Shown here: positions 43,410 to 52,425 of the stretch, piece after piece | Position numbering within the stretch: position 1 is the stretch's first letter | Layout: each line of letters begins with the position of its first letter | Assembly: GCA_003599635.1 (NCBI GenBank) | Contig: QZIX01000013.1 | Location: 12,679 to 76,678 of the forward strand | Length of the DNA stretch: 64,000 nt | DNA from: Candidatus Parcubacteria bacterium | GTDB taxonomy: Bacteria; Patescibacteriota; Patescibacteriia; Buchananbacterales; SURF-54 | Direction of reading: 5' to 3' | Notes under the pieces: generated by a model | Seen by the model: the letters and a program-made list of their open reading frames with translations, nothing else | The model's database searches: none | Told to the model about the DNA's origin: nothing | Translations under genes and position numbers: made by a program

Positions 43410-43903
43410 ATGGTGCTTATTAGGGCTAAACTTTCTGAAAAAGTTACAGCCATTTTGTTGCCGGTATTGTTTTTTTATCTTGTAGTCAATGCAATTTACC
43501 TTTCTGACCGGATCGGTCCTTTTTCACCGGCAGTATTTTTGCAGGAATTGTTATTTTTATAATCCTGGTAAAACAAATTAAATATTCAATTACTATCGAA
43601 AAAAAGCTGTCTAAGGACGGATTGCATGTTAATAATAAACTTATCCCCTGGGCGGCAATAAAAAAAATAATTATTAATGCAGGTTGTAAGTTTCAGCCTT
43701 TCAGGGGGAATATTATAAAAGTACCAAGAAGTACAATAGAAATAGAAACTACGGGAAGTAAAAAATACTATGGTATTTTAGAAAGAGACACGGCGGTCTC
43801 TTTTATCAAAAGTGTTACGGGTTTAAAGCCGGCTGTTGATACTGGCTTAGTAAATAAAAATAATTTAATTTTTGAATTTAATGGAGTCAATAACAAAATA
43901 TAA
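43410..43903 (+). pseudogene. bacterial PH-domain-like (two TM + PH) membrane protein interrupted by a frameshift at a T5 run
   Basis: ATG 43410 opens a frame with TM1 that stops at 43560-43562. The -1 frame, open from 43508, carries TM2 plus ITIEKKLSKDGLHVNNKLIPWAAIKK... One extra T at 43520-43524 would join the two frames. Confidence 0.45.
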
Positions 43904-45635
43904 TAATTTGAGTCTTGCTGAGAAAAAGGCGACAGGAGAAATTACAGAATTTTTAAAATTTGCCATGAGCGGCGAGATAAAAGAAGATGAAATAGAAATA
44001 ATTTATCCGCCGGAAAGCAGGATGGGCGACTATTCGGTCCCCTGTTTTAAATTGAGTTCAGCGCTCAAGATGCCGCCGGCCAAGGTTTCGTCCAACCTGT
44101 CGGCCAGGGTAAAAAACTTTGAATATTTTTCCAAAGTGCAGGCCGCCGGCCCGTATTTAAATTTTTATGTAAATGAAAAATTCATCGCCGAAGTTTTGAA
44201 AGAAATTTCCAGAAGAAAGGCAAAATACGGCCTGGCGAAAAAAGAAAAAGAAAAAATTATGGTTGAATACGCTTCGTTAAACACGCACAAGGAATTTCAC
44301 ATCGGCCATCTTCGCAATGTCTGCCTGGGATCATCAATCGTAAACATTTTAAAATTCCAGGGAAAAAGTGTAATTCCCGCCTACTATATTAATGATTTTG
44401 CCTGGCATGTCGGCCAGACTATATGGGGTTATTTGAAATTCGGCTTCAAGGAAGAGCCCGCGGAGAATAAAGGAAAATTTTTAGGGCAGCTTTACGCCAG
44501 ATCGGCTAAAATGGTTGCCGAAAACGATCAGTACAAAGAAGAGGCAAAGTCAGTTATGAAAAAATTGCAGCAGGGCGACAAAGAAATTACTAAATTATGG
44601 AAAAAGACGCGCCAATGGAGTATTAATGAGTTTGAAGAAATTTTTAAAGAGCTGGGGGCGGAATTTAAGGCCAGGTTTTTCGAAAGCCAGTTTTTCCATA
44701 CGGGAATCGAGATGGTACAAAATTTAAAAATCAGAGGCATACTAAAGGAAAGCCAGGGAGCGGTGATTGCCGATTTGCAAAATTACGATCTTGGTGTTCT
44801 GGTCTTTTTAAGACAGGACGGAACTACATTGTATCCGGTTTCCGACATTCCTTTGGCGTTTTCAAAGTTTAAAAAATATAAAATAGATAAAAGCCTGTAT
44901 ATCGTGGATGTGCGGCAGAGTTTTTATTTCAAGCAGCTGTTTAAAATTCTGGAACTTATCGGTCTTAATAATCCTCTGCAGCACATTGACTATGAATTCG
45001 TGACATTGCCCGAAGGGGCCATGGCATCGCGGCTGGGCCGGGTTGTCTTGATGCAGGATTTAAAGGACGAAGTTTATAAACGGGCGCTTGAAGAAACCAA
45101 AAAGAGGCACAGCGACTGGAAAGAAAAGAAACTGCAGATGACGGCAAAAAAAATTACTTTAGCGGCAATAAAATTCGGAATGTTAAAATCGGGCAAAGAA
45201 AAGGTGATTGTTTTTGACGTTAACCAGTCTCTGGAATTTACCGGTTTTACTGGGCCGTATTTGCAGTATGTAGGGGCGAGGATAAACAGCATCATTAAAA
45301 AATCAAAATTTCAAAATTCAAATATTAAGCAAAATCAAAAACACAAAATCCAAAGAAAAAATTTATTTGACACCCATGAAGAGAAAAGTATTATAAAACT
45401 CCTGGCAGCCTTTCCGCAAGTTATGGAAAGTGCGGCTAAAAATTATGAACCGGCTCTTGTGTCCCAATACCTTTATAATCTCGCCTCGTCATTTTCAACT
45501 TTTTATGAAAAAGTTTCCGTGCTAAAAGCCGAACCGGATTTAAAAAGAGCGCGCTTGTTTTTAATCAGGCAGGTAAGAACGGTTATGGAAAACGGCTTGA
45601 AGGTTTTGGGCATAGAGATGCTTGATGAGATGTAG
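43881..45635 (+). CDS. argS: arginine--tRNA ligase
   Basis: EYASLNTHKEFHIGHLRN (HIGH), with a DALR-type anticodon-binding C-terminus ending ...LGIEMLDEM. Confidence 0.85.
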   Translation: MESITKYNNLSLAEKKATGEITEFLKFAMSGEIKEDEIEIIYPPESRMGDYSVPCFKLSSALKMPPAKVSSNLSARVKNFEYFSKVQAAGPYLNFYVNEKFIAEVLKEISRRKAKYGLAKKEKEKIMVEYASLNTHKEFHIGHLRNVCLGSSIVNILKFQGKSVIPAYYINDFAWHVGQTIWGYLKFGFKEEPAENKGKFLGQLYARSAKMVAENDQYKEEAKSVMKKLQQGDKEITKLWKKTRQWSINEFEEIFKELGAEFKARFFESQFFHTGIEMVQNLKIRGILKESQGAVIADLQNYDLGVLVFLRQDGTTLYPVSDIPLAFSKFKKYKIDKSLYIVDVRQSFYFKQLFKILELIGLNNPLQHIDYEFVTLPEGAMASRLGRVVLMQDLKDEVYKRALEETKKRHSDWKEKKLQMTAKKITLAAIKFGMLKSGKEKVIVFDVNQSLEFTGFTGPYLQYVGARINSIIKKSKFQNSNIKQNQKHKIQRKNLFDTHEEKSIIKLLAAFPQVMESAAKNYEPALVSQYLYNLASSFSTFYEKVSVLKAEPDLKRARLFLIRQVRTVMENGLKVLGIEMLDEM

Positions 45636-45666
45636 ACATTGGTTGGAAGATTGAAAATGAAAAATC

Positions 45667-45695
45667 TTTACAAAATCAAAAATATTTGCTATAAT
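45667..45695 (+). promoter_or_regulatory. sigma70-like promoter (TTTACA-17-TATAAT)
   Basis: TTTACA 45667-45672, TATAAT 45690-45695. Confidence 0.6.
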
Positions 45696-45735
45696 AATAT
45701 CAATAATAATATCCCGAAAATAATTTTTTTATTTT

Positions 45736-45921
45736 ATGAAACCAAAAGTTAATCCCGAAACCTGCATAGGCTGCGGAACCTGTGAATCGCTGTGTCCCAA
45801 TGTTTTCAAAGTCGAAGACGACGGCAAAGCCCATGTCTTGGATGCCAACTATGATGAATATAAAGAATGTATAGATCAATCAATAGAAGCCTGCGCCACA
45901 CAGGCGATAACTAAAGAATAA
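45736..45921 (+). CDS. ferredoxin (single-cluster type)
   Basis: CIGCGTCESLCP plus a distal Cys. 61 aa. Confidence 0.85.
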   Translation: MKPKVNPETCIGCGTCESLCPNVFKVEDDGKAHVLDANYDEYKECIDQSIEACATQAITKE

Positions 45922-45925
45922 ATAT

Positions 45926-46192
45926 ATGGAAGAAGAAAACGATATTCAGATTTTAAAACCAGAATCCGGTTTAGGCGAAGGTGAATTATCCGCCTTGGAT
46001 GAAATGTCAAAGCCAGAAAAGATGAAATATTACAGAAAGTTGTACAGAAATGATCCTGAAGAATATAATAAGCGGCTCTTTGAGATAAGAAACCAAATCG
46101 ATGAATGTGAAGATGAACCCCTTAAAGAAAGATTAAAGGGTGTCAAAGGGTTGATGGAAGATGCCGCCAAAGAAGAATTTCAGGGAAATTGA
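45926..46192 (+). CDS. hypothetical acidic protein
   Basis: 88 aa, 4 nt downstream of the ferredoxin gene. No motif. Confidence 0.5.
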   Translation: MEEENDIQILKPESGLGEGELSALDEMSKPEKMKYYRKLYRNDPEEYNKRLFEIRNQIDECEDEPLKERLKGVKGLMEDAAKEEFQGN

Positions 46193-46197
46193 TTTTA

Positions 46198-46226
46198 TTG
46201 ACTAAAACGGCAAATATTAGTAAAAT
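46198..46226 (+). promoter_or_regulatory. sigma70-like promoter (TTGACT-17-TAAAAT) of ileS
   Basis: TTGACT 46198-46203, TAAAAT 46221-46226. Confidence 0.55.
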
Positions 46227-46261
46227 AATTCTGTTGTAGAAGCAGAATTATTTTTTATTTT

Positions 46262-49222
46262 ATGGAAAAATCAGCCATTGCCAGACAGGAAGAAGAAATT
46301 TTAAAGTTCTGGCAGGACAATAAAATATTTGAAAAAACTTTGGAAAAAGATTCGCCGAAGGGTAATTTTGTATTTTTTGAAGGACCGCCGACAGCCAACG
46401 CCGCTCCCGGAGTTCACCATGTTTTGGCCCGTGCTTTTAAAGATTTGATTCCGCGCTATAAAACCATGCAGGGCTATCGCGTTTTACGAAAAGCCGGCTG
46501 GGATACTCATGGTTTACCTGTAGAATTGCAGGTAGAAAAAAAGTTAGGTCTAAAATCAAAACTGGAAATTGAATCAATCGTTCCCGATGATCCGAAAGAA
46601 AGCATAAAAAAATTCAACACCGAATGCAAAAAAACCGTCTGGCAGTTTAAGGAAGACTGGGAGAAATTAACCAGCAGGATTGCCTACTGGGAGGATATGG
46701 AAAATCCATACATCACTTATGAAAATAATTATATAGAAAGCGTCTGGCAGGTTATAAAAAAGGCCGGGGACAGAGGTTTGCTGTATATTGGGCACAAAGT
46801 CGTGCCGTTTTGCACGCGCTGCGGAACAGCGCTGTCATCCCACGAAGTGGCGCAGGGCTACGATAATATAGAAGAAGATTCTGTCTATATAAAATGCAAA
46901 GTAATTGAGGGAAATAAATTTGTAAAAGCTGGCGATTTCATCTTGACTTGGACGACTACGCCCTGGACATTGCCGGGTAATGTTGCACTGGCTGTCGGAG
47001 AGGATATTGATTATCTAAGAATGGAAATAAGAAGAGATAAAAAAAGTGCGGGTAAATTCTCCAAGGAGGGTATTTATATTTTTGCAAGAGATACCTTGAA
47101 AAATGTCGTATCATCAAATGCGAGAAAAGAAGATCTTGATTCTATATTAAACGGATCAGAAGTCTCGATTTCTGATAATGAAGTTGAAGGCAATTTTGTT
47201 AAGAATACCTACGTTTATAAAATTTTAGCTGTATTAAAGGGTAAGGATTTGACTGGAGCTACTTATCAACCCCTATTTCCCGGATCTGTTGACGGCAAGA
47301 ATTTTGACCAATCCTGGACAATAGTTTCAGCGGATTTTGTGACAACAACTGACGGCACCGGAGTCGTCCATACAGCTGTAATGTACGGTGAAGACGATTA
47401 TACCTTGGGCGATAAAATAGGTTTGCCCAAACAGCATACGGTAGGCCTGGACGGAAAATTCCTGCCGCAAGTCAAAGGTTTGGCAGGGCTTTATGTTAAA
47501 GATGAAAAAACAACAGAATTAATTTACGACCATTTAAAAAAGACGGGAGCCTTTTATAAAACCGAAAAATACCGGCATGATTATCCTTTTTGCTGGCGCT
47601 GCAATACTCCCTTGCTTTATTACGCCAAGGACTCATGGTTTATAAAGATGTCTGAGTTAAAACCTGATCTGTTAAAAAATGCATCTGAAATAAATTGGGT
47701 GCCGGGACATATTAAAGAGGGCAGGTTCGGCGAATGGCTTTCAGGAATAAAGGATTGGGCGATTTCCCGCGAGCGCTACTGGGGAACTCCTTTGCCGATC
47801 TGGCAATGCGAAAAGTGTAAAAAGATAAAGGTTATCGGAAGTTCCAAAGAATTGCCGAAAAAATTAGATGATCTGCACCGGCCGTTTATTGATGAGATTG
47901 TTCTGGATTGCCAATGCGGTGAAAAAATGTCGCGCGTGCCCGAAGTTTTGGATGTTTGGTTTGATTCAGGGTCCATGCCTTTTGCCCAGTATCATTATCC
48001 TTTTGAAAATAAAAATCTGATCGATAATAAAGAACAGTTCCCGGCGGATTATATTTCCGAAGCCATTGATCAGACTCGCGGCTGGTTTTACACGCTTTTG
48101 GCTGTGTCAACGATCATGGATAAAGGTACCAGTTACAAAAACGTAATTTGCCTGGGCCACATTAACGACGCTAAAGGACACAAAATGTCCAAATCAAAGG
48201 GCAATGTCATTAATCCCTGGGATGTAATCGAGAGCTACGGAGCAGATTCTTTGAGGTGGTACCTCTATACGATGAATCAGCCGGGTGAAACTAAAAATTT
48301 TGATATGGCCGGAGTCAAAGAATCAATGCAAAAGGTAATTATGCTTTTAGGGAATGTCATTTCTTTTTATAAGCTGTATGCAAAAGATGAAATTGCGGCG
48401 GTCAAAGCGGAAAGTATTTTGGATAAATGGGTTTTAGCCAAGCTTGATGATCTGGTTTTCTATGTAACCAAGGAACTTGAGTTATATCATATAACAGAAT
48501 CCGGCAGGGCAATCCAGGATTTTATAAACGAGCTTTCAACATGGTATGTAAGGCGCAGCCGCAATAGATTCAAAGACGGTGATAAAAAGGCGGTTGCCGT
48601 TTTGGGTTATGTGTTACTCGAACTGGTAAAATTGATGGCGCCGTTTATGCCTTTTGCCGCCGAGAGGTTTTATAAAGATTTACAAGGCAAAAAAGAGTCG
48701 GTGCATTTGGAAAGCTGGCCGAAGCCTGGCAAGCAGAAAGCGGAGAGCAATAAGTTGTTGGAACAGATGGCGCAAGCGCGCAGAATAGTGGAAGCCGGTC
48801 TGGCGGCGCGCGCCAAAGCAGGAGTCAAAGTCAGGCAGGTTTTGCAAAGCTACTGCACGGACATTGTAAAGAAATTGGAACCGGAACTTGCCGCGATTGT
48901 TTGCGAAGAGCTTAATATTAAAGAACTTAAATTTAACAAAGAACATTTGGACACGGAAATCACTCCGGAGCTGGAACTTGAAGGACAGGCGCGGGAATTT
49001 ATCCGCAATATCAATCTGCTAAGAAAGGAAGCTGGGTTAACCATTAACGATAAAATTGATCTGATTTTTGAAGGAGATATTGATGAACTGTTAGAAAATT
49101 ATGAAGCTGAAATTAAGAAGGCGACATTGACTGAACAAATAAAGAAAGGTAAAATGGAAAAACCGAAAACCGTTAAAATTAATGATGTGGAAGTTCAAAT
49201 TGAAATAAAAAGGATTAATTAA
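46262..49222 (+). CDS. ileS: isoleucine--tRNA ligase
   Basis: PPTANAAPGVHHVLAR (HIGH-like), editing domain, KMSKSKGN, Zn-binding CxxC pairs. Confidence 0.95.
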   Translation: MEKSAIARQEEEILKFWQDNKIFEKTLEKDSPKGNFVFFEGPPTANAAPGVHHVLARAFKDLIPRYKTMQGYRVLRKAGWDTHGLPVELQVEKKLGLKSKLEIESIVPDDPKESIKKFNTECKKTVWQFKEDWEKLTSRIAYWEDMENPYITYENNYIESVWQVIKKAGDRGLLYIGHKVVPFCTRCGTALSSHEVAQGYDNIEEDSVYIKCKVIEGNKFVKAGDFILTWTTTPWTLPGNVALAVGEDIDYLRMEIRRDKKSAGKFSKEGIYIFARDTLKNVVSSNARKEDLDSILNGSEVSISDNEVEGNFVKNTYVYKILAVLKGKDLTGATYQPLFPGSVDGKNFDQSWTIVSADFVTTTDGTGVVHTAVMYGEDDYTLGDKIGLPKQHTVGLDGKFLPQVKGLAGLYVKDEKTTELIYDHLKKTGAFYKTEKYRHDYPFCWRCNTPLLYYAKDSWFIKMSELKPDLLKNASEINWVPGHIKEGRFGEWLSGIKDWAISRERYWGTPLPIWQCEKCKKIKVIGSSKELPKKLDDLHRPFIDEIVLDCQCGEKMSRVPEVLDVWFDSGSMPFAQYHYPFENKNLIDNKEQFPADYISEAIDQTRGWFYTLLAVSTIMDKGTSYKNVICLGHINDAKGHKMSKSKGNVINPWDVIESYGADSLRWYLYTMNQPGETKNFDMAGVKESMQKVIMLLGNVISFYKLYAKDEIAAVKAESILDKWVLAKLDDLVFYVTKELELYHITESGRAIQDFINELSTWYVRRSRNRFKDGDKKAVAVLGYVLLELVKLMAPFMPFAAERFYKDLQGKKESVHLESWPKPGKQKAESNKLLEQMAQARRIVEAGLAARAKAGVKVRQVLQSYCTDIVKKLEPELAAIVCEELNIKELKFNKEHLDTEITPELELEGQAREFIRNINLLRKEAGLTINDKIDLIFEGDIDELLENYEAEIKKATLTEQIKKGKMEKPKTVKINDVEVQIEIKRIN

Positions 49223-49451
49223 CGGTGCTTTTGGCGCCAGAGATAAATGATAAACTGATTACTAAAATATTTACAAAAATTTATGAACAAAAAAAGAAAA
49301 GTGGCGCAAAAAAAGCATCGTAAAAAGTCGGGAAAAAAAATTTCAAGCATCAGGTATAGATAACAATGCATGATTAATAATTACAATTGCAGGATTTAAG
49401 TTTTTAATAAGCACCCGTGGCTTTCATTCTGAGTTGTAAAACAGGGAATAT

Positions 49452-50408
49452 ATGAATATCAAACAAATTTACGAGCTCGCTATAAAAATGGGAATTGAAG
49501 CGGACTTGCGCGGACAAAAGACGGTCAGTAAACTTTTACGACGGGCCAAAGAAAAGTATGAAAAATTAAATAAAGAGCAAAAGGCCGAATTTGATATTGA
49601 AAAGCTAAGCAATCCATTTGCCGATACGCGAATAGTTTTCGGCAATCCGGGCAAAGAAATTAAAAAAATTCTGGTCGGTATTGATATCGGACCCGATGAA
49701 ATACTGCTTGCAGACCGGCTTGGCGGATTTGATATGGTATTGTCGCATCATCCGGTCGGCAAAGCCCTGGCAGATTTGCATGATGTGATGCACTTGCAGG
49801 CGCAGGTTCTTGCCGGATACGGCGTGCCCATAAATATAGCCGAAGGCCTGATGCAGGAAAGAATCAGTGAAGTGGCGCGTGGCATTGCCGCAGCCAATCA
49901 TCAAAGGTCAGTCGATGTCGCGAAATTACTGGGCATTCCTTTGATGTGCGTTCACACTCCGACAGACAATATGGCCGCTGGTTTTCTGCAGGGTGTTTTA
50001 AACAAAGAAAAACCGGAAACAGTCGGCGATATCATAAAAATGTTAAAAGGTATTGAAGAATATTCGACGGCGCAAAAACTGAATGCCGGACCTAAAATCT
50101 GGGTCGGCCATGACGAGGCTTCAGCCGGAAAAATAGTTTTGACCGAAATCACCGGCGGCACGGAGGGGGCCAAAGACATTTACGAAAAAATGGCGCAGGC
50201 GGGAATCGGCACGGTAATCGGGATGCATATGGATGAAGAAAGAAAAAAGAAAGCCCAGGAAGCCCATATCAACGTCGTTATCGCCGGTCATATTTCATCG
50301 GATTCACTGGGTATGAACCAGTTCCTGGATGTTTTGGAAAAGAAAGGCATCCAGATCGTTGCTTGTTCGGGACTGATCAGGGTAAACAGGAACAGGAAAA
50401 GGAAATAA
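49452..50408 (+). CDS. NIF3 family (dinuclear metal centre) protein
   Basis: MVLSHHP, CVHTPTDN and AGHISSD motifs. Confidence 0.75.
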   Translation: MNIKQIYELAIKMGIEADLRGQKTVSKLLRRAKEKYEKLNKEQKAEFDIEKLSNPFADTRIVFGNPGKEIKKILVGIDIGPDEILLADRLGGFDMVLSHHPVGKALADLHDVMHLQAQVLAGYGVPINIAEGLMQERISEVARGIAAANHQRSVDVAKLLGIPLMCVHTPTDNMAAGFLQGVLNKEKPETVGDIIKMLKGIEEYSTAQKLNAGPKIWVGHDEASAGKIVLTEITGGTEGAKDIYEKMAQAGIGTVIGMHMDEERKKKAQEAHINVVIAGHISSDSLGMNQFLDVLEKKGIQIVACSGLIRVNRNRKRK

Positions 50409-50427
50409 TTTCCAAATATAAATTAAA

Positions 50428-50457
50428 AGGCGAGGTTTTCGGCCTCGCTTTTTTTAT
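50428..50457 (+). terminator. rho-independent terminator
   Basis: Stem GCGAGG/CCTCGC plus T8. Confidence 0.8.
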
Positions 50458-50489
50458 TGTTTGAAATTTATTTTGTTTAATATTACCTA

Positions 50490-50513
50490 GGAACCATTCG
50501 TACGAATGGTTCC
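50490..50513. other. 24-bp perfect palindrome GGAACCATTCGTACGAATGGTTCC
   Basis: Perfect 12+12 dyad, 34 nt downstream of the stop of the minus-strand gene 50547-51110. No flanking T run. Confidence 0.6.
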
Positions 50514-50546
50514 ATAACTTCTTTAATTAAAAAAATCACCCGTTCC

Positions 50547-51110
50547 TTAAAAAGGTTCGGGTGAGCAAGCGTTTACCTCGAATTCATTTTGAAGCGACAG
50601 AAGATACGCCTCATACATATCGCTTCGTTCGTCAAGAAGTTGTAAACCGTGCTGAATTTCAACCTGCAAGATTTCCAGTTGTCTTGCCACTTTGAAGCGA
50701 TTTATTGCGGATGCAATTACATTATTTTTTTCAAAGAGTGAAATGGCCTGAATCCTGGCGTTTTTTAACGACCTGCTGGGTTTGAAACAATCGTTAAGAA
50801 GTTTTTTGAGCTGACTTAATTTTTTCAGTATCTGTTTGTCTGAAAATCCGTTTTCATTTGCTTTAAGAAGTAGTTTGATGTTTGCCGCTGCCTCAATCAG
50901 CTCATCCCTCCATTCTCCGCGTCTTTGGGCAATAAATTTTTGCAACAATTTTATGGTATTGTCCTTCCCATCACAGGAAACTGAGCCCATTCTTTCTGAA
51001 AGGCGGATATAATATACGCCTTCCTTATCCCTTGCTATTACCGGCTGACCTTTCCATGTGGCAGCTATTGCCAGTCCCTGTTCTGCAGGATTTTTCCAGT
51101 TTATTTTCAT
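50547..51110 (-). CDS. hypothetical protein (187 aa)
   Basis: G8 tract 5 nt upstream of the ATG acts as the SD. Helical C-terminal half. No family recognised. Confidence 0.6.
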   Translation of the reverse strand: MKINWKNPAEQGLAIAATWKGQPVIARDKEGVYYIRLSERMGSVSCDGKDNTIKLLQKFIAQRRGEWRDELIEAAANIKLLLKANENGFSDKQILKKLSQLKKLLNDCFKPSRSLKNARIQAISLFEKNNVIASAINRFKVARQLEILQVEIQHGLQLLDERSDMYEAYLLSLQNEFEVNACSPEPF

Positions 51111-51299
51111 TTTTTCCCCCCCCTTTTTTGTCCTCCGTTTTCATTTAAAAATAACTACAAATTTATAATTTGTCAAACTTAGTTTTTTTAGTTTCTTAAA
51201 AAATAATTTTACCCTTGACATTTCCAATTTTTTTGGTACATTTCATCATGCAAAAAATGTTCATTAAAGCTGCACCGGCAAAATCAAAGGAGAATTGGA

Positions 51300-52352
51300 A
51301 TGGACGTAAGAGCCTGGCTTGACGGCGCAAATGCTGAATTCAGCAAAAATTTCGTCGCTTTTCATGATGCAAGGGTCTCTTTAAGGAGAGCGCAGATAGT
51401 AGTGATGCACTGTTCAGACGGCAGAATAAACATCAACAATATCTGCCGCATGATACCCGGCATTATAACGCCTGTAGCCGACATCGGCGGCAAGTTTGAC
51501 CTGGGTCAGCGTTCCTTGTCGAAAATCCTCAAAAGGATACGTTCTTATGCAGAGAGTAAGGGTCAAAAAATGATCGGGCTTGTAACTTTTCACTATGACA
51601 GCACCGAGGAAAGGTTTTTAAGGGAAGAAAGAAAATTATGCTGTGCCGGGTGGCAGCATGATACCGAAAGCGCTTTAAAATCAGCTTTCATGATGGCGGA
51701 AAAGATAAGGTATATTTTTGACGTCTACGCTTTGGTTGTGGGAATTGATACCCGAACAGGTTCTTTAAGGTTATTTCGGGAATCACACTCAAATTCGGAT
51801 GTTCTGGATGTCGGTTCGCTGCCTTTAGGCCTTGATGAAAAGGGAATTGAAAAAATACTGAACGCTTTTTATTCCGGATGCAAAACCGCCGATGCCAGTT
51901 TTGCTTTGGCTCCCGTGATTTCAGGCAATCAAAGGCATATTGCCGATGTAAAAACTAACGGAAACGGAAGTCTTTTCCACGACGAACGGGCGGTATTTCT
52001 GAGCTCGACAATAGATCACCTGCCGGATATCGGCCTGAAAATAGCGCCATTCAGTTCAGATTTAGATGGTGCGTTAAATACGGCGGCAAAAATTTTGCGG
52101 CATAACTTGCTTGCCGATGCCAGGCCAAAAGTAGTAGGGTTTCACCCCGGTAAAAAAGTATTTATATTCGCATCTTCGGAATATGTTGAGGGGGACAGGA
52201 TCGAACGGAAATTAGCCGGGGAAGAAGCTATTTACCTCTTAAAAAGAGGTCAGGAAATAATCGAAAAAAGCCAGCCCTCGCTTGCAGGCAGCACAGAAGC
52301 CATTCCATTTGTCACCTGCCTTAACACCAGGAGGATTGAAATTTTATCCTGA
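51300..52352 (+). CDS. hypothetical protein with a beta-carbonic-anhydrase-like N-terminal motif set
   Basis: AAAGGAG RBS. VVMHCSDGRIN resembles the beta-CA CxDxR motif. The later GHxxCG is replaced by FHYDS...CCAGW. Confidence 0.6.
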   Translation: MDVRAWLDGANAEFSKNFVAFHDARVSLRRAQIVVMHCSDGRININNICRMIPGIITPVADIGGKFDLGQRSLSKILKRIRSYAESKGQKMIGLVTFHYDSTEERFLREERKLCCAGWQHDTESALKSAFMMAEKIRYIFDVYALVVGIDTRTGSLRLFRESHSNSDVLDVGSLPLGLDEKGIEKILNAFYSGCKTADASFALAPVISGNQRHIADVKTNGNGSLFHDERAVFLSSTIDHLPDIGLKIAPFSSDLDGALNTAAKILRHNLLADARPKVVGFHPGKKVFIFASSEYVEGDRIERKLAGEEAIYLLKRGQEIIEKSQPSLAGSTEAIPFVTCLNTRRIEILS

Positions 52353-52360
52353 AACTAATG

Positions 52361-52391
52361 CCAGACGCTTTTTCAAGCGCCTGGTTTTTTT
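52361..52391 (+). terminator. rho-independent terminator
   Basis: 10-bp stem CCAGACGCTT/AAGCGCCTGG (one mismatch) plus T7. Confidence 0.8.
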
Positions 52392-52425
52392 GTCAAGAAA
52401 AGTATTTTTTGATAAAATGGTTCTT

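Noticed and set aside
43600-43880. T-box or other aminoacyl-tRNA-synthetase leader upstream of argS or ileS
   Set aside because: The space before argS is occupied by coding sequence, and the ileS leader is only ~30 nt. Neither has room for specifier and antiterminator structures.
49283-49363. 26-codon very basic ORF (MNKKRKVAQKKHRKKSGKKISSIRYR) after ileS, possibly a small ribosomal-protein-like gene
   Set aside because: There is no RBS or promoter, the composition is driven by A-runs, and it does not match any small ribosomal protein I know (L34, L36, S21).
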